A DNA stretch of 64,000 nucleotides from the NCBI GenBank assembly GCA_034669905.1, contig JAXMOL010000027.1, positions 1 through 64,000 of the forward strand, written 5' to 3'. The position numbers and the translations under genes are program-made. A model generated the notes under the pieces. It saw nothing but the letters and a program-made list of their open reading frames with translations. It did not search any database and was not told the origin of the DNA. The DNA is from Candidatus Hydrogenedentota bacterium. Its GTDB lineage: Bacteria; Hydrogenedentota; Hydrogenedentia; Hydrogenedentales; JAEUWI01. Shown piece after piece: positions 29,412 to 38,925 of the stretch. How positions within the stretch are numbered: the first letter of the stretch is position 1; every line of letters starts with the position of its first letter.

Positions 29412-29434
29412 TCCTTTGATTTGGAGCGTGTGAT

Positions 29435-30166
29435 ATGGCCGTAGCAGAATTAGAGGAATCCCAATTGGCGGAACTCAACGCCATGGGTCCCGAGGCGCTG
29501 CTGACGTGGGCCCTGGAAACCCATGGGGACCGGGCCGCTATCATTACCAGCTTTCAGGATACGGGCTGTGTGATGATCGACATGATGTCGAAGGTGGCAC
29601 CGGGACTCCGCGTGTTGACGGTGGATACGCTCCGGCTTCATGACGAGACCTATGCCCACATGGACGCGATGGAAGCGCGCTATGGGGCTATCGAGCGGTT
29701 CACCCCTGACCCCGCGCGTTTGAAGAAGATGGTGGCCCAGCATGGGGAGTATCTCTTTTTCGACAGCAAGCCGAAGCAGGAATACTGTTGCACGGTTCGG
29801 AAGACCGAGCCCAATCAGCGGGCGCTGGAATCGGTGGACGTCTGGTTTACCGGCTTGCGCCGGGACCATTCCAGCTTTCGGGTCGATACGCCCAAGGTCC
29901 AGTATGTGGATCGGGGGGGCCGTCAGATTCTGAAAGTGGCTCCCCTGGTGGATTGGAATCAGGCGAAGATTGATGCCTACATGGCCGAGCACGATGTGCC
30001 CAAGAATGCCCTTTATGATCAGGGCTACACGAGCATCGGTTGTATGATCTGCTCCACGCCCACCCTGCCCCACGAAGACAAACGGGCTGGACGGTGGCGC
30101 TGGTTCAATGCCTTGGATGACGACAAAAAAGAATGCGGCATCCACATCGGCGGTAGTGGCATCTAA
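29435..30166 (+). CDS. cysH: Adenylyl-sulfate / phosphoadenylyl-sulfate reductase
   Basis: VDTLRL, CCTVRK, WFTGLRR, GYTSIGCMIC, RAGRW, ECGIH; CC plus CxxC indicates the 4Fe-4S APS-reductase type. Confidence 0.95.
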   Translation: MAVAELEESQLAELNAMGPEALLTWALETHGDRAAIITSFQDTGCVMIDMMSKVAPGLRVLTVDTLRLHDETYAHMDAMEARYGAIERFTPDPARLKKMVAQHGEYLFFDSKPKQEYCCTVRKTEPNQRALESVDVWFTGLRRDHSSFRVDTPKVQYVDRGGRQILKVAPLVDWNQAKIDAYMAEHDVPKNALYDQGYTSIGCMICSTPTLPHEDKRAGRWRWFNALDDDKKECGIHIGGSGI

Positions 30167-30186
30167 GCCGACCAAGGACCAATTAT

Positions 30187-30223
30187 CCGGGCCGACTCGC
30201 TAATAGAGTCGGTCCGGTTTTTT
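30187..30223 (+). terminator. Terminator after cysH
   Basis: CCGGGCCGACTC...GAGTCGGTCCGG followed by T6. Confidence 0.85.
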
Positions 30224-30509
30224 AATGGGACTGTCAACGCTCCCGACTCAAGCGGGAAAGGTCAACGATACGCCGAAGGCGGAGACGGCTCGACCGTACG
30301 ACACGTCGTTGATCTACCCCGATACATCCGACCTGAAAACCCGCGACCAGGCTTCGTGTCCGTTACACCGGTCCGACAGGAGTCGCCGCGAGCCGACCCC
30401 TGAGCCACGCACGAACGTCACCAAACTCGTTTAGACTCGTGTGGCAACGATCGCGCGGCACGGTTGGATTTCGGAATTGTATGCGACGGGTGCCCACTGC
30501 GTATGGACA

Positions 30510-31457
30510 TCACCCCCCGAACAAATCGCCCTGGCTCGGCGCGGGTACCGGTGGGGTAAGTGCCGCGAGGAGTTCCTTCCGATGGAGTTCCCCATAGCGT
30601 CCGCCCAGGGGTTGGGCGGCAGACTCGTTCCTTAGAAAGCCATCACGACAGGCACCGCCCCAGTAGAACACCGGCTTGCCCTGGGCGAGGGTCTGTTCCG
30701 CCGTATACATGCTGCCTCCTTTCTTACCCGGCTCGATGACACACGTGAGACGGGCGCAGGCGGTGATGCTTCGATTGCGGGTGATGGCCTGGGGCGTGGC
30801 CCACGCCGCAGTAGGTAGAAATTCACTCACCAGGAGCGCCTGCCCATTTTCCACGCCAATGCGCAGGGACGGGGGGGCCTGGTAGGCGTGCAGTCCTTCC
30901 GGCAGCAGCACCACCGTGGTACCATCGGCCCGGAGCGCGGTGTTGTGGGCTTCCATGTCGATGCCCGCTGCGCCACCGCTTACCACCGTAACCCCTTCCT
31001 CCGCGAAGAGTGCGGCGGCCTTCTGCGCCCAGTCTTTCCCCTCGAGGGAGGGCCTGCGGGTGCCTACAATGGCGGCGCCTGGCTCGGCCGCGAGGGATTC
31101 ATTGCCCTGATAAAACAGAAAAGGGGGCGCCTGGGTGCCCAGACTTTCCTTCAAAAAAGACGGGTAGGATGCGTCCTCGCAGGTCCAGTGGCGGATGTCC
31201 CATTCGCCCGCGAGTTTCAGGAGAAAGTGGGCCCGCTCCTGTTCCGCCTCGCCACAACGTGAAAGGGGCTCGGCTACCGCCTGCTCTCCCGGTGCGGTGA
31301 GGGCGAGGAGCTCGGTCGTGTTTTGTCCGAAGAGGCTCTCTAAGGCGACCTCCTTTCGCTGCGCAATCTGCATGGCTGTGTGCACGGCCTTGCGCCCCGC
31401 CCCGGGCACCAGGGCGAGGGCAATTAAATCGTGGATAGGAATGGGAGTGGAGGGCAT
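30510..31457 (-). CDS. dprA: DNA-processing protein DprA/Smf
   Basis: YPSFL, PPFLFYQG, AIVGTRRPS, VVSGGAAGID.EAH, VSEF, RNR, GGSMYTA. Confidence 0.88.
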   Translation of the reverse strand: MPSTPIPIHDLIALALVPGAGRKAVHTAMQIAQRKEVALESLFGQNTTELLALTAPGEQAVAEPLSRCGEAEQERAHFLLKLAGEWDIRHWTCEDASYPSFLKESLGTQAPPFLFYQGNESLAAEPGAAIVGTRRPSLEGKDWAQKAAALFAEEGVTVVSGGAAGIDMEAHNTALRADGTTVVLLPEGLHAYQAPPSLRIGVENGQALLVSEFLPTAAWATPQAITRNRSITACARLTCVIEPGKKGGSMYTAEQTLAQGKPVFYWGGACRDGFLRNESAAQPLGGRYGELHRKELLAALTPPVPAPSQGDLFGG

Positions 31458-31600
31458 CGTTCGTTCCGCTTTTTGGGCCGCTTTGGGAAAGAATAGCAAA
31501 TAGACGTTGTTTCATGAAGGCAGCAGGAGGGAAGTTTAGCTCACGCGGAAGATGCCCCCACAGCATGATAGACCAACACCAGTATTTCACAGCACAAGAA

Positions 31601-31629
31601 TTGAATCCAACCCACTCATGAAATACTAT
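31601..31629 (+). promoter_or_regulatory. Possible sigma70 promoter of the sulfatase gene
   Basis: TTGAAT-N17-TACTAT. Confidence 0.5.
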
Positions 31630-31649
31630 GACGATTGAGATGCGAAACT

Positions 31650-31727
31650 ATTTTCCGTGTCTTTCTGTGCTTTCCGTGGTAGAAACCAACCTGATGGACC
31701 ACGGAAGTCACGGAAGGGCACGGAAGG
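31650..31727. repeat. Inverted-repeat element with periodic CCGTG/CACGG units
   Basis: TTCCGTGTCTTTCTGTGCTTTCCGTGGT ... ACCACGGAAGTCACGGAAGGGCACGGAA. Confidence 0.75.
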
Positions 31728-31769
31728 AGAGGACAACGAACTTAGTCGTGCGGAAAAGGAGCGCGTTGC

Positions 31770-33335
31770 GTGAACCAACCTGTAGCCATTAAGCGACCGG
31801 TATTCCGTTTTTCCATGGCATCCGTGCTACTGCTGATTAGCCTGCTTCCCGTGGCCTTTCCAGTAGACGCTGCGGAGCTGCCCAACATCGTTTACATCCT
31901 CGCCGACGATCTGGGGTATGGCGATGTAGGCTGCTACAACGCTGATTCGAAAATTCCCACGCCCCATATCGACCGGCTCGCCGCAGCAGGTATGCGCTTT
32001 ACCGACGCGCACACACCGTCGTCGGTTTGTACGCCCACGCGCTACGGTATCCTCACCGGACGCTATTGCTGGCGGACCCGGCTGACCCAGCGGGTACTGG
32101 ATGGATTCGACCCACCACTCATCGAAGTGGAGCGCCTGACGGTGCCCAAACTCCTCAAACAACAGGGCTACAACACGGCCTGCGTGGGCAAGTGGCATCT
32201 CGGCATGCAGTGGACTGATAAGAGCGGCAACCCCCTTCCCGCCGTCCCGGTGGATCGTCGCACGCCACCCCGGCCCGGGCAAGACGTCGACTATGGGGTG
32301 CCTGTTACGGGCGGTCCCCTCGACGTGGGCTTTGATGGGTATTACGGTATTTCGGCCTCCCTCAATATGTCGCCCTTTTGCTATATCGAAAACGACCGGC
32401 CGGTGCTGGCACCGACCATCCTATCGCCCCGCATCAAGACGGAGTTTATCTCGGTGGACGAAGGCATCCGGTCGCCCGACTTCACGATTACCGGTGTCAT
32501 GCCGACGCTGACAGGGAAGGCGGTTGAATACATCGAGGCCCAGAGTCCCGACAGGCCATTCTTTCTCTACTTCCCCCTGACCGCGCCCCATCTGCCCCTG
32601 GTGCCCAACGTGGAGTTTCGCGGTACGAGTGCGGCAGGCGAGTATGGCGATTTCGTGGTGGAAGTGGATGCCACGGTCGGCGCCGTGCTGGACGCCTTGG
32701 ACCGGGCGGGGCTGGCCGAGAATACCCTGGTCATTTTTACATCAGACAACGGTGGCCTCTACCACTGGTGGGAAGCCAGGGAAGCCGACGATCGGGCGAA
32801 GTACAAGGTCAGTGCCCGCGGTCAATATGTGAAAGAGCGGGGCCATCAGGGCAACGCCCACCTGCGTGGAACCAAGGCAGACATCTGGGAGGGCGGCCAC
32901 CGGGTGCCCTTTATCGCCCGTTGGCCTGGACGCGTCCCGGCGGATGCCACCTCGGAGGTGCTCATCGAGTTGACCGACCTGCTCGCCACCTGCGCCGCGA
33001 TCACCGGGGTCGCGCTCGCGCCCGAGCAGGGCGAGGACAGCCACAATATGCTTCCGGCCCTCCTTGCGGAAAAGCCGGAAGAGCCAGTGCGGGACTTTGC
33101 CATCCATCATTCCCTCTGGGGGGATTTTGCCATCCGACAGGGCCCGTGGAAGATGATGCCTCAGCGGGGCTCCGGGGGCTTCAGTCGTCCGCGCACGATA
33201 GAAGTGGCCGAGGGCGAGCCCCAGGGGCAGCTCTATAACCTGGCGATAGACCCGTCGGAAAGCACAAACCTCTGGGCCGAGCACCCGGAAGTGGTCACTC
33301 GGCTGCAGGCCTTGCTGGCGACGGTCAAGAAGTAG
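31770..33335 (+). CDS. Arylsulfatase (formylglycine-dependent, Cys-type), secreted
   Basis: PNIVYILADDLGYGD, CTPTR (CxPxR), GKWHLG, FTSDNG, WEGGHRVP; signal peptide. Confidence 0.95.
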   Translation: MNQPVAIKRPVFRFSMASVLLLISLLPVAFPVDAAELPNIVYILADDLGYGDVGCYNADSKIPTPHIDRLAAAGMRFTDAHTPSSVCTPTRYGILTGRYCWRTRLTQRVLDGFDPPLIEVERLTVPKLLKQQGYNTACVGKWHLGMQWTDKSGNPLPAVPVDRRTPPRPGQDVDYGVPVTGGPLDVGFDGYYGISASLNMSPFCYIENDRPVLAPTILSPRIKTEFISVDEGIRSPDFTITGVMPTLTGKAVEYIEAQSPDRPFFLYFPLTAPHLPLVPNVEFRGTSAAGEYGDFVVEVDATVGAVLDALDRAGLAENTLVIFTSDNGGLYHWWEAREADDRAKYKVSARGQYVKERGHQGNAHLRGTKADIWEGGHRVPFIARWPGRVPADATSEVLIELTDLLATCAAITGVALAPEQGEDSHNMLPALLAEKPEEPVRDFAIHHSLWGDFAIRQGPWKMMPQRGSGGFSRPRTIEVAEGEPQGQLYNLAIDPSESTNLWAEHPEVVTRLQALLATVKK

Positions 33336-33459
33336 CGCCCATCCGTCAAGTCGTACCGTTTAACCAATAGGACGTCTCTGTACGCGCCGACAAGGTTTAC
33401 GGGAATTTCTTGACTTTATTTCGGTGGCCTTTGTATTATTTCTGGACGGGGCAAGGAGA

Positions 33460-34599
33460 ATGACCATGATGGATGACATTAATAACGCCCCCAACGAAGG
33501 CACGATTGCCAAGAGTGCCCGGATTGTGTCCGTCGATGCCCTTCGCGGTTTTGACATGTTCTGGATTGTGGGGGCCGACCATTTCGCCCGTGCACTCGGA
33601 AAAATCAGCGAGTCTCCGGTCGCCCAGACCTTTGGCACCCAACTGAAGCACGTCGGGTGGGAGGGCTTCCGTTTCTACGACCTTATTTTCCCGCTCTTTG
33701 TTTTTCTGCTGGGCATGTCCACCGTATTCTCCCTGCCCAAATATGTGGAACAAAAAGGGAAGTGGGCGGCCCATGTGCGGCTCTTCCGTCGCTTCATCCT
33801 GCTCTTTCTGCTGGGCGCCTTTTACGACAGCGGCATATCCGAGATGGCGAACGAGAGTCCTTTCAGCGGTGTCTTACAGCGAATGGCCTGGTGCTATCTC
33901 TTCACGGCCCTGTGCTTCCTTAACTTCCGGCTGCGCGGGTTGATTATTATCTTCGCCGCGATTCTTGTGGGCTACTGGGCCTTGCTCAGTTTCGTGCCCC
34001 ATCCCGATGTAGATGGCGTCACCTTTGAGCGTAACAAGAACATCGTGAACTGGTTTGATTCCAAGTATCTGCCCATGAAAGAAGAAGGGCAGTATTCGGA
34101 TCCCGAAGGGCTCTTAAGCACGATACCCGCCGTGGCCTCGGGTCTCATCGGGCTCTTCGCCGGTCTGCTGATGGTGAATGGGCGCTTCAGCCCCTGGAAA
34201 AAGTTTGGGGTCTATCTCGGCGTCGGAATCCTGCTGGTGGCCCTGGGCTATGGGCTGGGCTATCAAACACCCATCATCAAAAAGATATGGACGTCGTCCT
34301 TTGTGCTCGTCGCGGGCGGCTACAGTTTACTTTTACTCAGCCTTTTTTATCTGGTGGTCGATATTTTCAAATTGCAGAAATGGGCCACACCCTTTATCTG
34401 GATTGGGGCCAATCCGTTGATGATCTATCTCGCCAGTGAGTTCCTCGACTTTCACAATATGGCGGAGCGCATTGTGGGTGGTCCCGTGGCGGAAAGTCTG
34501 GGAGACTATGGCGAACTGATGGTGACCACGCTCGGCATCGTATTCGTTTTCGCCTTTGCGCGCTTCCTCTATAAGAAGAAGATTTTCCTGCGGGTATAG
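33460..34599 (+). CDS. Heparan-alpha-glucosaminide N-acetyltransferase-like membrane protein (DUF5009/HGSNAT)
   Basis: SVDALRGFDM, HVGWEG, DLIFPLF, GVLQR, DPEGLLST, PIIKKIWTSSF. Confidence 0.9.
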   Translation: MTMMDDINNAPNEGTIAKSARIVSVDALRGFDMFWIVGADHFARALGKISESPVAQTFGTQLKHVGWEGFRFYDLIFPLFVFLLGMSTVFSLPKYVEQKGKWAAHVRLFRRFILLFLLGAFYDSGISEMANESPFSGVLQRMAWCYLFTALCFLNFRLRGLIIIFAAILVGYWALLSFVPHPDVDGVTFERNKNIVNWFDSKYLPMKEEGQYSDPEGLLSTIPAVASGLIGLFAGLLMVNGRFSPWKKFGVYLGVGILLVALGYGLGYQTPIIKKIWTSSFVLVAGGYSLLLLSLFYLVVDIFKLQKWATPFIWIGANPLMIYLASEFLDFHNMAERIVGGPVAESLGDYGELMVTTLGIVFVFAFARFLYKKKIFLRV

Positions 34600-34660
34600 G
34601 GCGGGTACGTACGTGTTTGTCGCAACACGGCGTTTGGATTCTTAAAATGTTACGTTTGCC

Positions 34661-34687
34661 AATCCCCTCTTCGGAGGGGATTTTTAT
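34661..34687 (+). terminator. Rho-independent terminator
   Basis: AATCCCCTC-TTCG-GAGGGGATT-TTT. Confidence 0.8.
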
Positions 34688-34740
34688 ATTGCAGCCCGAA
34701 CGTGCGTGGTTCTTTGAGAATGCCGACGGGCCGCGCCGTT

Positions 34741-36432
34741 TTATAGCGGTGCTACGTATCCTGCCGCCCATGCTGCGACCAGTAGAACAACCGCCACCAG
34801 GTCGCGCCGGTTGAGTGCGGTCTCGTGCCGTCGGGTCCGTGCGTAATCGAGGATGAGTCCCGTCGGGCAGCCGTACTTGCAATAGGCCTGGGGCACAAAG
34901 GCGGAGGCGACCAATCCGACGACCGCGATGACGAGGGTGGCTATTCCGCCGACGCCGAAAATCCAGGCGTCGAAGGGTTCCAGATCCGACAGGCTGACGG
35001 GAATCCCGAGGAGCAGGACCGCGAGCCCGGCCACGACGCCGAAAAAGGGGAGGGTGAGCAGAAGGTGATGGAGGCCGCCCCGAATGCGGAGTCGCCCCGG
35101 CACCCAGCGATAGAGCAGGGATTGGGCCGCACCGTGGGGGCACAGCTGCTGGCAGTAGACGGGTTTGCCGGTGGCCCAGGGCAGGGCAAAGGCCAGCCCG
35201 ACCAGGGCGACGAGTCCCGGGGCGCTCTTCCAGGGGATGGCGCCGGTGGCCCACCCCCCGAGCACGGACAGGGACACCATGTCGCCCACCCAGAGGCCGA
35301 GGACGAGCACGAGGTATCCGTGGAGGGCATAGCGCACGTAGCGATTGGCCCGGTAGCGGGTGAAGGCCACGATACAGGCGAAGAGTATGGCCACGAAGGT
35401 CGCGCCATCGCGAAGACGGAGGGTCATGGGCGGCCCCGTTTTCTTTGGTACTTCCGGCGGGGCGACGAGTGCCTTCGCTTTTCGTACGACCCCTTCCATC
35501 ACGGCACCGCTGGTCATGGTGGCCCCGGAAACCCCATCGCCCCAGGCGCGACTCCCGACGACCTGTGCCAGTTCGTCCACCGTCTTGCCCGCGTGGCGCT
35601 CCGTGAAGTAATCGTCCTCCCGCACGTAGTCGGCGTAGCGCTGGCTCTCATAGGTTGCGCCCATGGTGATACCCACGACCGTTTTCTCCGGGGTGAAGCC
35701 AATCAGAGCGTCGGAGGGGCCCTGATAGCCCATGATGCCATCGGCATCGGGGGCCGTGCGCACGACGGTTCCCAGCACGGCACCGTCTTTATCACGGACG
35801 GGCTGAAAGGGATCGTCGTCGTGTCCTTCATCAATTGTGGCTGCCTCAGGGAAGAGGCGTTGTACATCCCGCAGGGCGACGGCCTCGGGAAACTTGAGGG
35901 AGGGCGCGTCGCCGCCCAGGCGGTAGGCCACCGATTGAATGATGGCCAGGCTGGTGAGGGTCGCACCCGAGACGGCGTCGATGGACGTCGCGTCATTTTC
36001 GCCGCCGAAGTGCCACCCCGAGAAGGACGCGAAGAAGTCTGGCGCCTTGTGGATGGCCTCCAGGTGTTCCTCCGTGTCGCCACTCCAGAGCAGGGTGGTG
36101 TTGGTGACGGTCCCGTCTTCGTCGAGGCCGATGAGGATATCGGAGGGGCCTGCGTAGCCGACAATGGATTTACTCATGGGGAGGGTTTTTACGGCATAAC
36201 CCAGGACCGTGCCATCTTCGCCTTCTACGGTGGTGACGTCTCTTCCGGGCCGAAGGGAAAAGGCCGTGGGGAAGAGGGGGAGGGTGTCGCGGAGACGCAG
36301 TTCACTTTCAACCGGCGTGCCGCCCCCGCCGTGAAAACGGAGGACCAGCACGAAGGTGACGAGGAGTCCGGCGCGAAAAAGGCGCACGCCCCCGTGGCGT
36401 GCGCCGTGTATCGTGGGCCTGAAAGCGGTCAT
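34741..36432 (-). CDS. Membrane protein with two FMN-binding (flavinylation) domains and a 4Fe-4S-binding membrane domain (NosR/NirI-like)
   Basis: GYAGP...DAVSGATLTS and GYQGP...DGVSGATMTS; CQQLCPHG and YCKYGCPTG (CxxxCP) in the TM region. Confidence 0.85.
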   Translation of the reverse strand: MTAFRPTIHGARHGGVRLFRAGLLVTFVLVLRFHGGGGTPVESELRLRDTLPLFPTAFSLRPGRDVTTVEGEDGTVLGYAVKTLPMSKSIVGYAGPSDILIGLDEDGTVTNTTLLWSGDTEEHLEAIHKAPDFFASFSGWHFGGENDATSIDAVSGATLTSLAIIQSVAYRLGGDAPSLKFPEAVALRDVQRLFPEAATIDEGHDDDPFQPVRDKDGAVLGTVVRTAPDADGIMGYQGPSDALIGFTPEKTVVGITMGATYESQRYADYVREDDYFTERHAGKTVDELAQVVGSRAWGDGVSGATMTSGAVMEGVVRKAKALVAPPEVPKKTGPPMTLRLRDGATFVAILFACIVAFTRYRANRYVRYALHGYLVLVLGLWVGDMVSLSVLGGWATGAIPWKSAPGLVALVGLAFALPWATGKPVYCQQLCPHGAAQSLLYRWVPGRLRIRGGLHHLLLTLPFFGVVAGLAVLLLGIPVSLSDLEPFDAWIFGVGGIATLVIAVVGLVASAFVPQAYCKYGCPTGLILDYARTRRHETALNRRDLVAVVLLVAAWAAGYVAPL

Positions 36433-36442
36433 GCCCGACCCG

Positions 36443-38743
36443 TTACTCTTTCACCCGAATAATCTGGACCGCGTCGGTGTGTACCGCACCGGCGACGCCA
36501 TTGGTATCGACGGTTACGATGGGTTGCTCTCCCGCGTTGAAGGAAAAGACGCCGAGGCTCTGGAAACCCATATCGCCCGTGGGAGGCTCCTGCATGTTGA
36601 CGGTCACCGGCACATCGCCATCGGCACTATGGACGATGAGCACGGCGGCGGCGGCCCGGTTTTCGTGGGGCTGGTGGGCGTGTCGAATTTCATAGCGCCC
36701 GGCGGCCTCGAGGGTGGCGGAATAGATGGCCTTGGCACTCCCGCCGGCATAGACGTAGCCAAAGGCGACGAAGCCGGGAAGGCCCGTGCTGTCATGCCAC
36801 TTGCCTGTTTTCTCGGCGGCCATGTCATCGATCACGATGCCCGAAAGGCTCGCGGGGTCGATGCCGGGCATGGGTCCGAGGGACGAGGCCAACTCGAGGG
36901 CATCTTCGGGAATGATGATGGCATCGGTCAGCGTGGCGCGATAGGCCTTTCCAGGAAGCTCGAGCATTTCGAGTAATTGGGGCAGGTGTTTTTCGTAGAC
37001 ACCCCGGGGCAACGTATCCTGTTCAATACAGATGGCGGCCGCCTTACCCACGACCTCGCCCACCATGCCGAGGGTCTGCATGACGCGCACCGTGCCGAGG
37101 GCCTCGTGGGTCACACTGATGTCGCGTCCGGCCATGAAGAGGTTGTTGATGTTACGCGAGTAGAAACAGCGGTAGGGGACCGGGTAGCCATAGAGCCGAT
37201 CGACCTGGCGGTCATGCACGGCATAGGAAATGAAGGGGTTGTCGGGGAACTTCTCCGCGTATTGCTCCTTGGGATAGTGGAGATCGATGGACCAGGTGCT
37301 GGGCACGCAGCCATCGGGGAAATCGCGCTTGGCGACGATATCGTCTTCGGTCAGCACCACATCACCCATGAGCCGGCGGGATTCGCGCGGTCCGCCAATG
37401 TAGGCGATCCATTCGAGATAGGCGTTTTGATGTTCTGCCGCGCCATCGCAATTCTTCATGGCGTTGAAGGCGCCATAGGCGGCCCGAAGATTCCAATCGC
37501 GGATACCTTCCGCATCGGAGAGCGGGTTTTTGTCGTAGCCCCCTTCCCAGAACCACTCCGCATGATTGTTGCGCGGATAGGGAAAGTCCTTCATCTCCAT
37601 GTTGAGCGCCCAGGGCGTGAGCGGGAAGGCCACGGGCGTTTCCGCCTCGGCCCAGCGCCACATGTTACTCATCCCCATGCGGCCCTTCGCCGTCATCTCC
37701 CAATCGGCCCCCGCCAGGGCGCCAATGGTGCCGTGGCCGGTGGCGTCCACAAAGAGGGGCGCACGAAACACGGAGCGGGCAGACGTCTTGGTGTTGAAGG
37801 CCCAGACCCCCGCGATTTTTTCGTCGGCCATTTCCACGTCATAGGCGTGGTGGTTCAGGAAGAGATCGATATTCTTTTCCGCACGAATGATGGCTTCCTT
37901 GTGGTCATCGCCAAACTCTTCCGCACGGCCCGGTGACTTGGTGGCGCTGTCGCGGAACTCGGCGATAATCTCGCCAATGCGCGGGAACTTGCCCCGGCGG
38001 ATGTTGCCCTTGGCCCACACCCGCACTTCCGAGGAGCCATTGCCCCCCAGAACACCCCGGTTCTGGATGAGAGCCACCTTGATGCCCATGCGCGCTGCCG
38101 AAAGGGCACTGCCCATACCCGCATAGCCGCCGCCAATAACGACCAGGTCATAGCCATCCCGCACCGCCGGTTCCGGCAGGCCCAGCTTTTCCTGACGCCA
38201 CGTGCCCAGGATGTCCGACGTGTTCGGCGGGACATCCGTCACATCCTGCGTGAAATAGAGGGCATCTACCCGGCCATCAAAGCCCATGGCATCCAGTATC
38301 GCCAGAGCCGTCGCCTCGGCTTTCACCGAAACCGTGCCGCCATATTCCCAATGCCATTCCGCCCCTTCATCACCAAAGATCTCCTCCAACACGTGGCCGC
38401 CCACCGCCACGCGAAATTTGCCCGGCGTGCCCTCCGCATTCCAGCGGGCCACCCAATCCTTCGTGCGGACATAGACATGATAGTCGCCCGTCGCTGGAAA
38501 GGTCACCGTGCCCTCGGCATGGGCCACCGGCGTGCCCAGGCCATGGGCCAGCAGATAGGGCGAACCCATCTCGTGGATAAACTGGGTGTCCAGTTTCCAA
38601 CCGCCATGGTCGGAAAGACTCTCCGCCTCCACCAGCAGGGAAGCCGCCTGAGACGACGGTGCCAGACCCACCGCCGCCAGAACACACAGGGACATCCACA
38701 TCACACGGGACCTGAGCCCCGAAGGGAATACAGGGGAATTCAT
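36443..38743 (-). CDS. Secreted FAD-dependent oxidoreductase with a C-terminal golvesin/xanthan-lyase-like beta domain
   Basis: Signal peptide; VIGGGYAG, LGGNGSSE, DATGHG, RESRRLMG, VPYRCFYS, NLFMAGR; C-terminal DAVQI. Confidence 0.85.
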   Translation of the reverse strand: MNSPVFPSGLRSRVMWMSLCVLAAVGLAPSSQAASLLVEAESLSDHGGWKLDTQFIHEMGSPYLLAHGLGTPVAHAEGTVTFPATGDYHVYVRTKDWVARWNAEGTPGKFRVAVGGHVLEEIFGDEGAEWHWEYGGTVSVKAEATALAILDAMGFDGRVDALYFTQDVTDVPPNTSDILGTWRQEKLGLPEPAVRDGYDLVVIGGGYAGMGSALSAARMGIKVALIQNRGVLGGNGSSEVRVWAKGNIRRGKFPRIGEIIAEFRDSATKSPGRAEEFGDDHKEAIIRAEKNIDLFLNHHAYDVEMADEKIAGVWAFNTKTSARSVFRAPLFVDATGHGTIGALAGADWEMTAKGRMGMSNMWRWAEAETPVAFPLTPWALNMEMKDFPYPRNNHAEWFWEGGYDKNPLSDAEGIRDWNLRAAYGAFNAMKNCDGAAEHQNAYLEWIAYIGGPRESRRLMGDVVLTEDDIVAKRDFPDGCVPSTWSIDLHYPKEQYAEKFPDNPFISYAVHDRQVDRLYGYPVPYRCFYSRNINNLFMAGRDISVTHEALGTVRVMQTLGMVGEVVGKAAAICIEQDTLPRGVYEKHLPQLLEMLELPGKAYRATLTDAIIIPEDALELASSLGPMPGIDPASLSGIVIDDMAAEKTGKWHDSTGLPGFVAFGYVYAGGSAKAIYSATLEAAGRYEIRHAHQPHENRAAAAVLIVHSADGDVPVTVNMQEPPTGDMGFQSLGVFSFNAGEQPIVTVDTNGVAGAVHTDAVQIIRVKE

Positions 38744-38925
38744 ACGCTCTCCTTAAACACCGCGCCCACGGGCGCGTCCGACCAGCCCCGACATCGCACC
38801 GTGCCGGGTTACCCAGTGTAGGGGATAGGGGGAGGGGATTTCGAGTTGGCGGTGGGGGGGATGGCCTCGTTACATTGTTAACAGGTAACCAATGCTGGTT
38901 CATCCCCACGTGCGTGAGAATAGGG

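Noticed and set aside
30251..30266. GCGGGAAAGGTCAAC, resembling part of the attI-like repeat end
   Set aside because: Only a 14/15 match, with no GTT core 5 bp downstream and no wider similarity; may be chance
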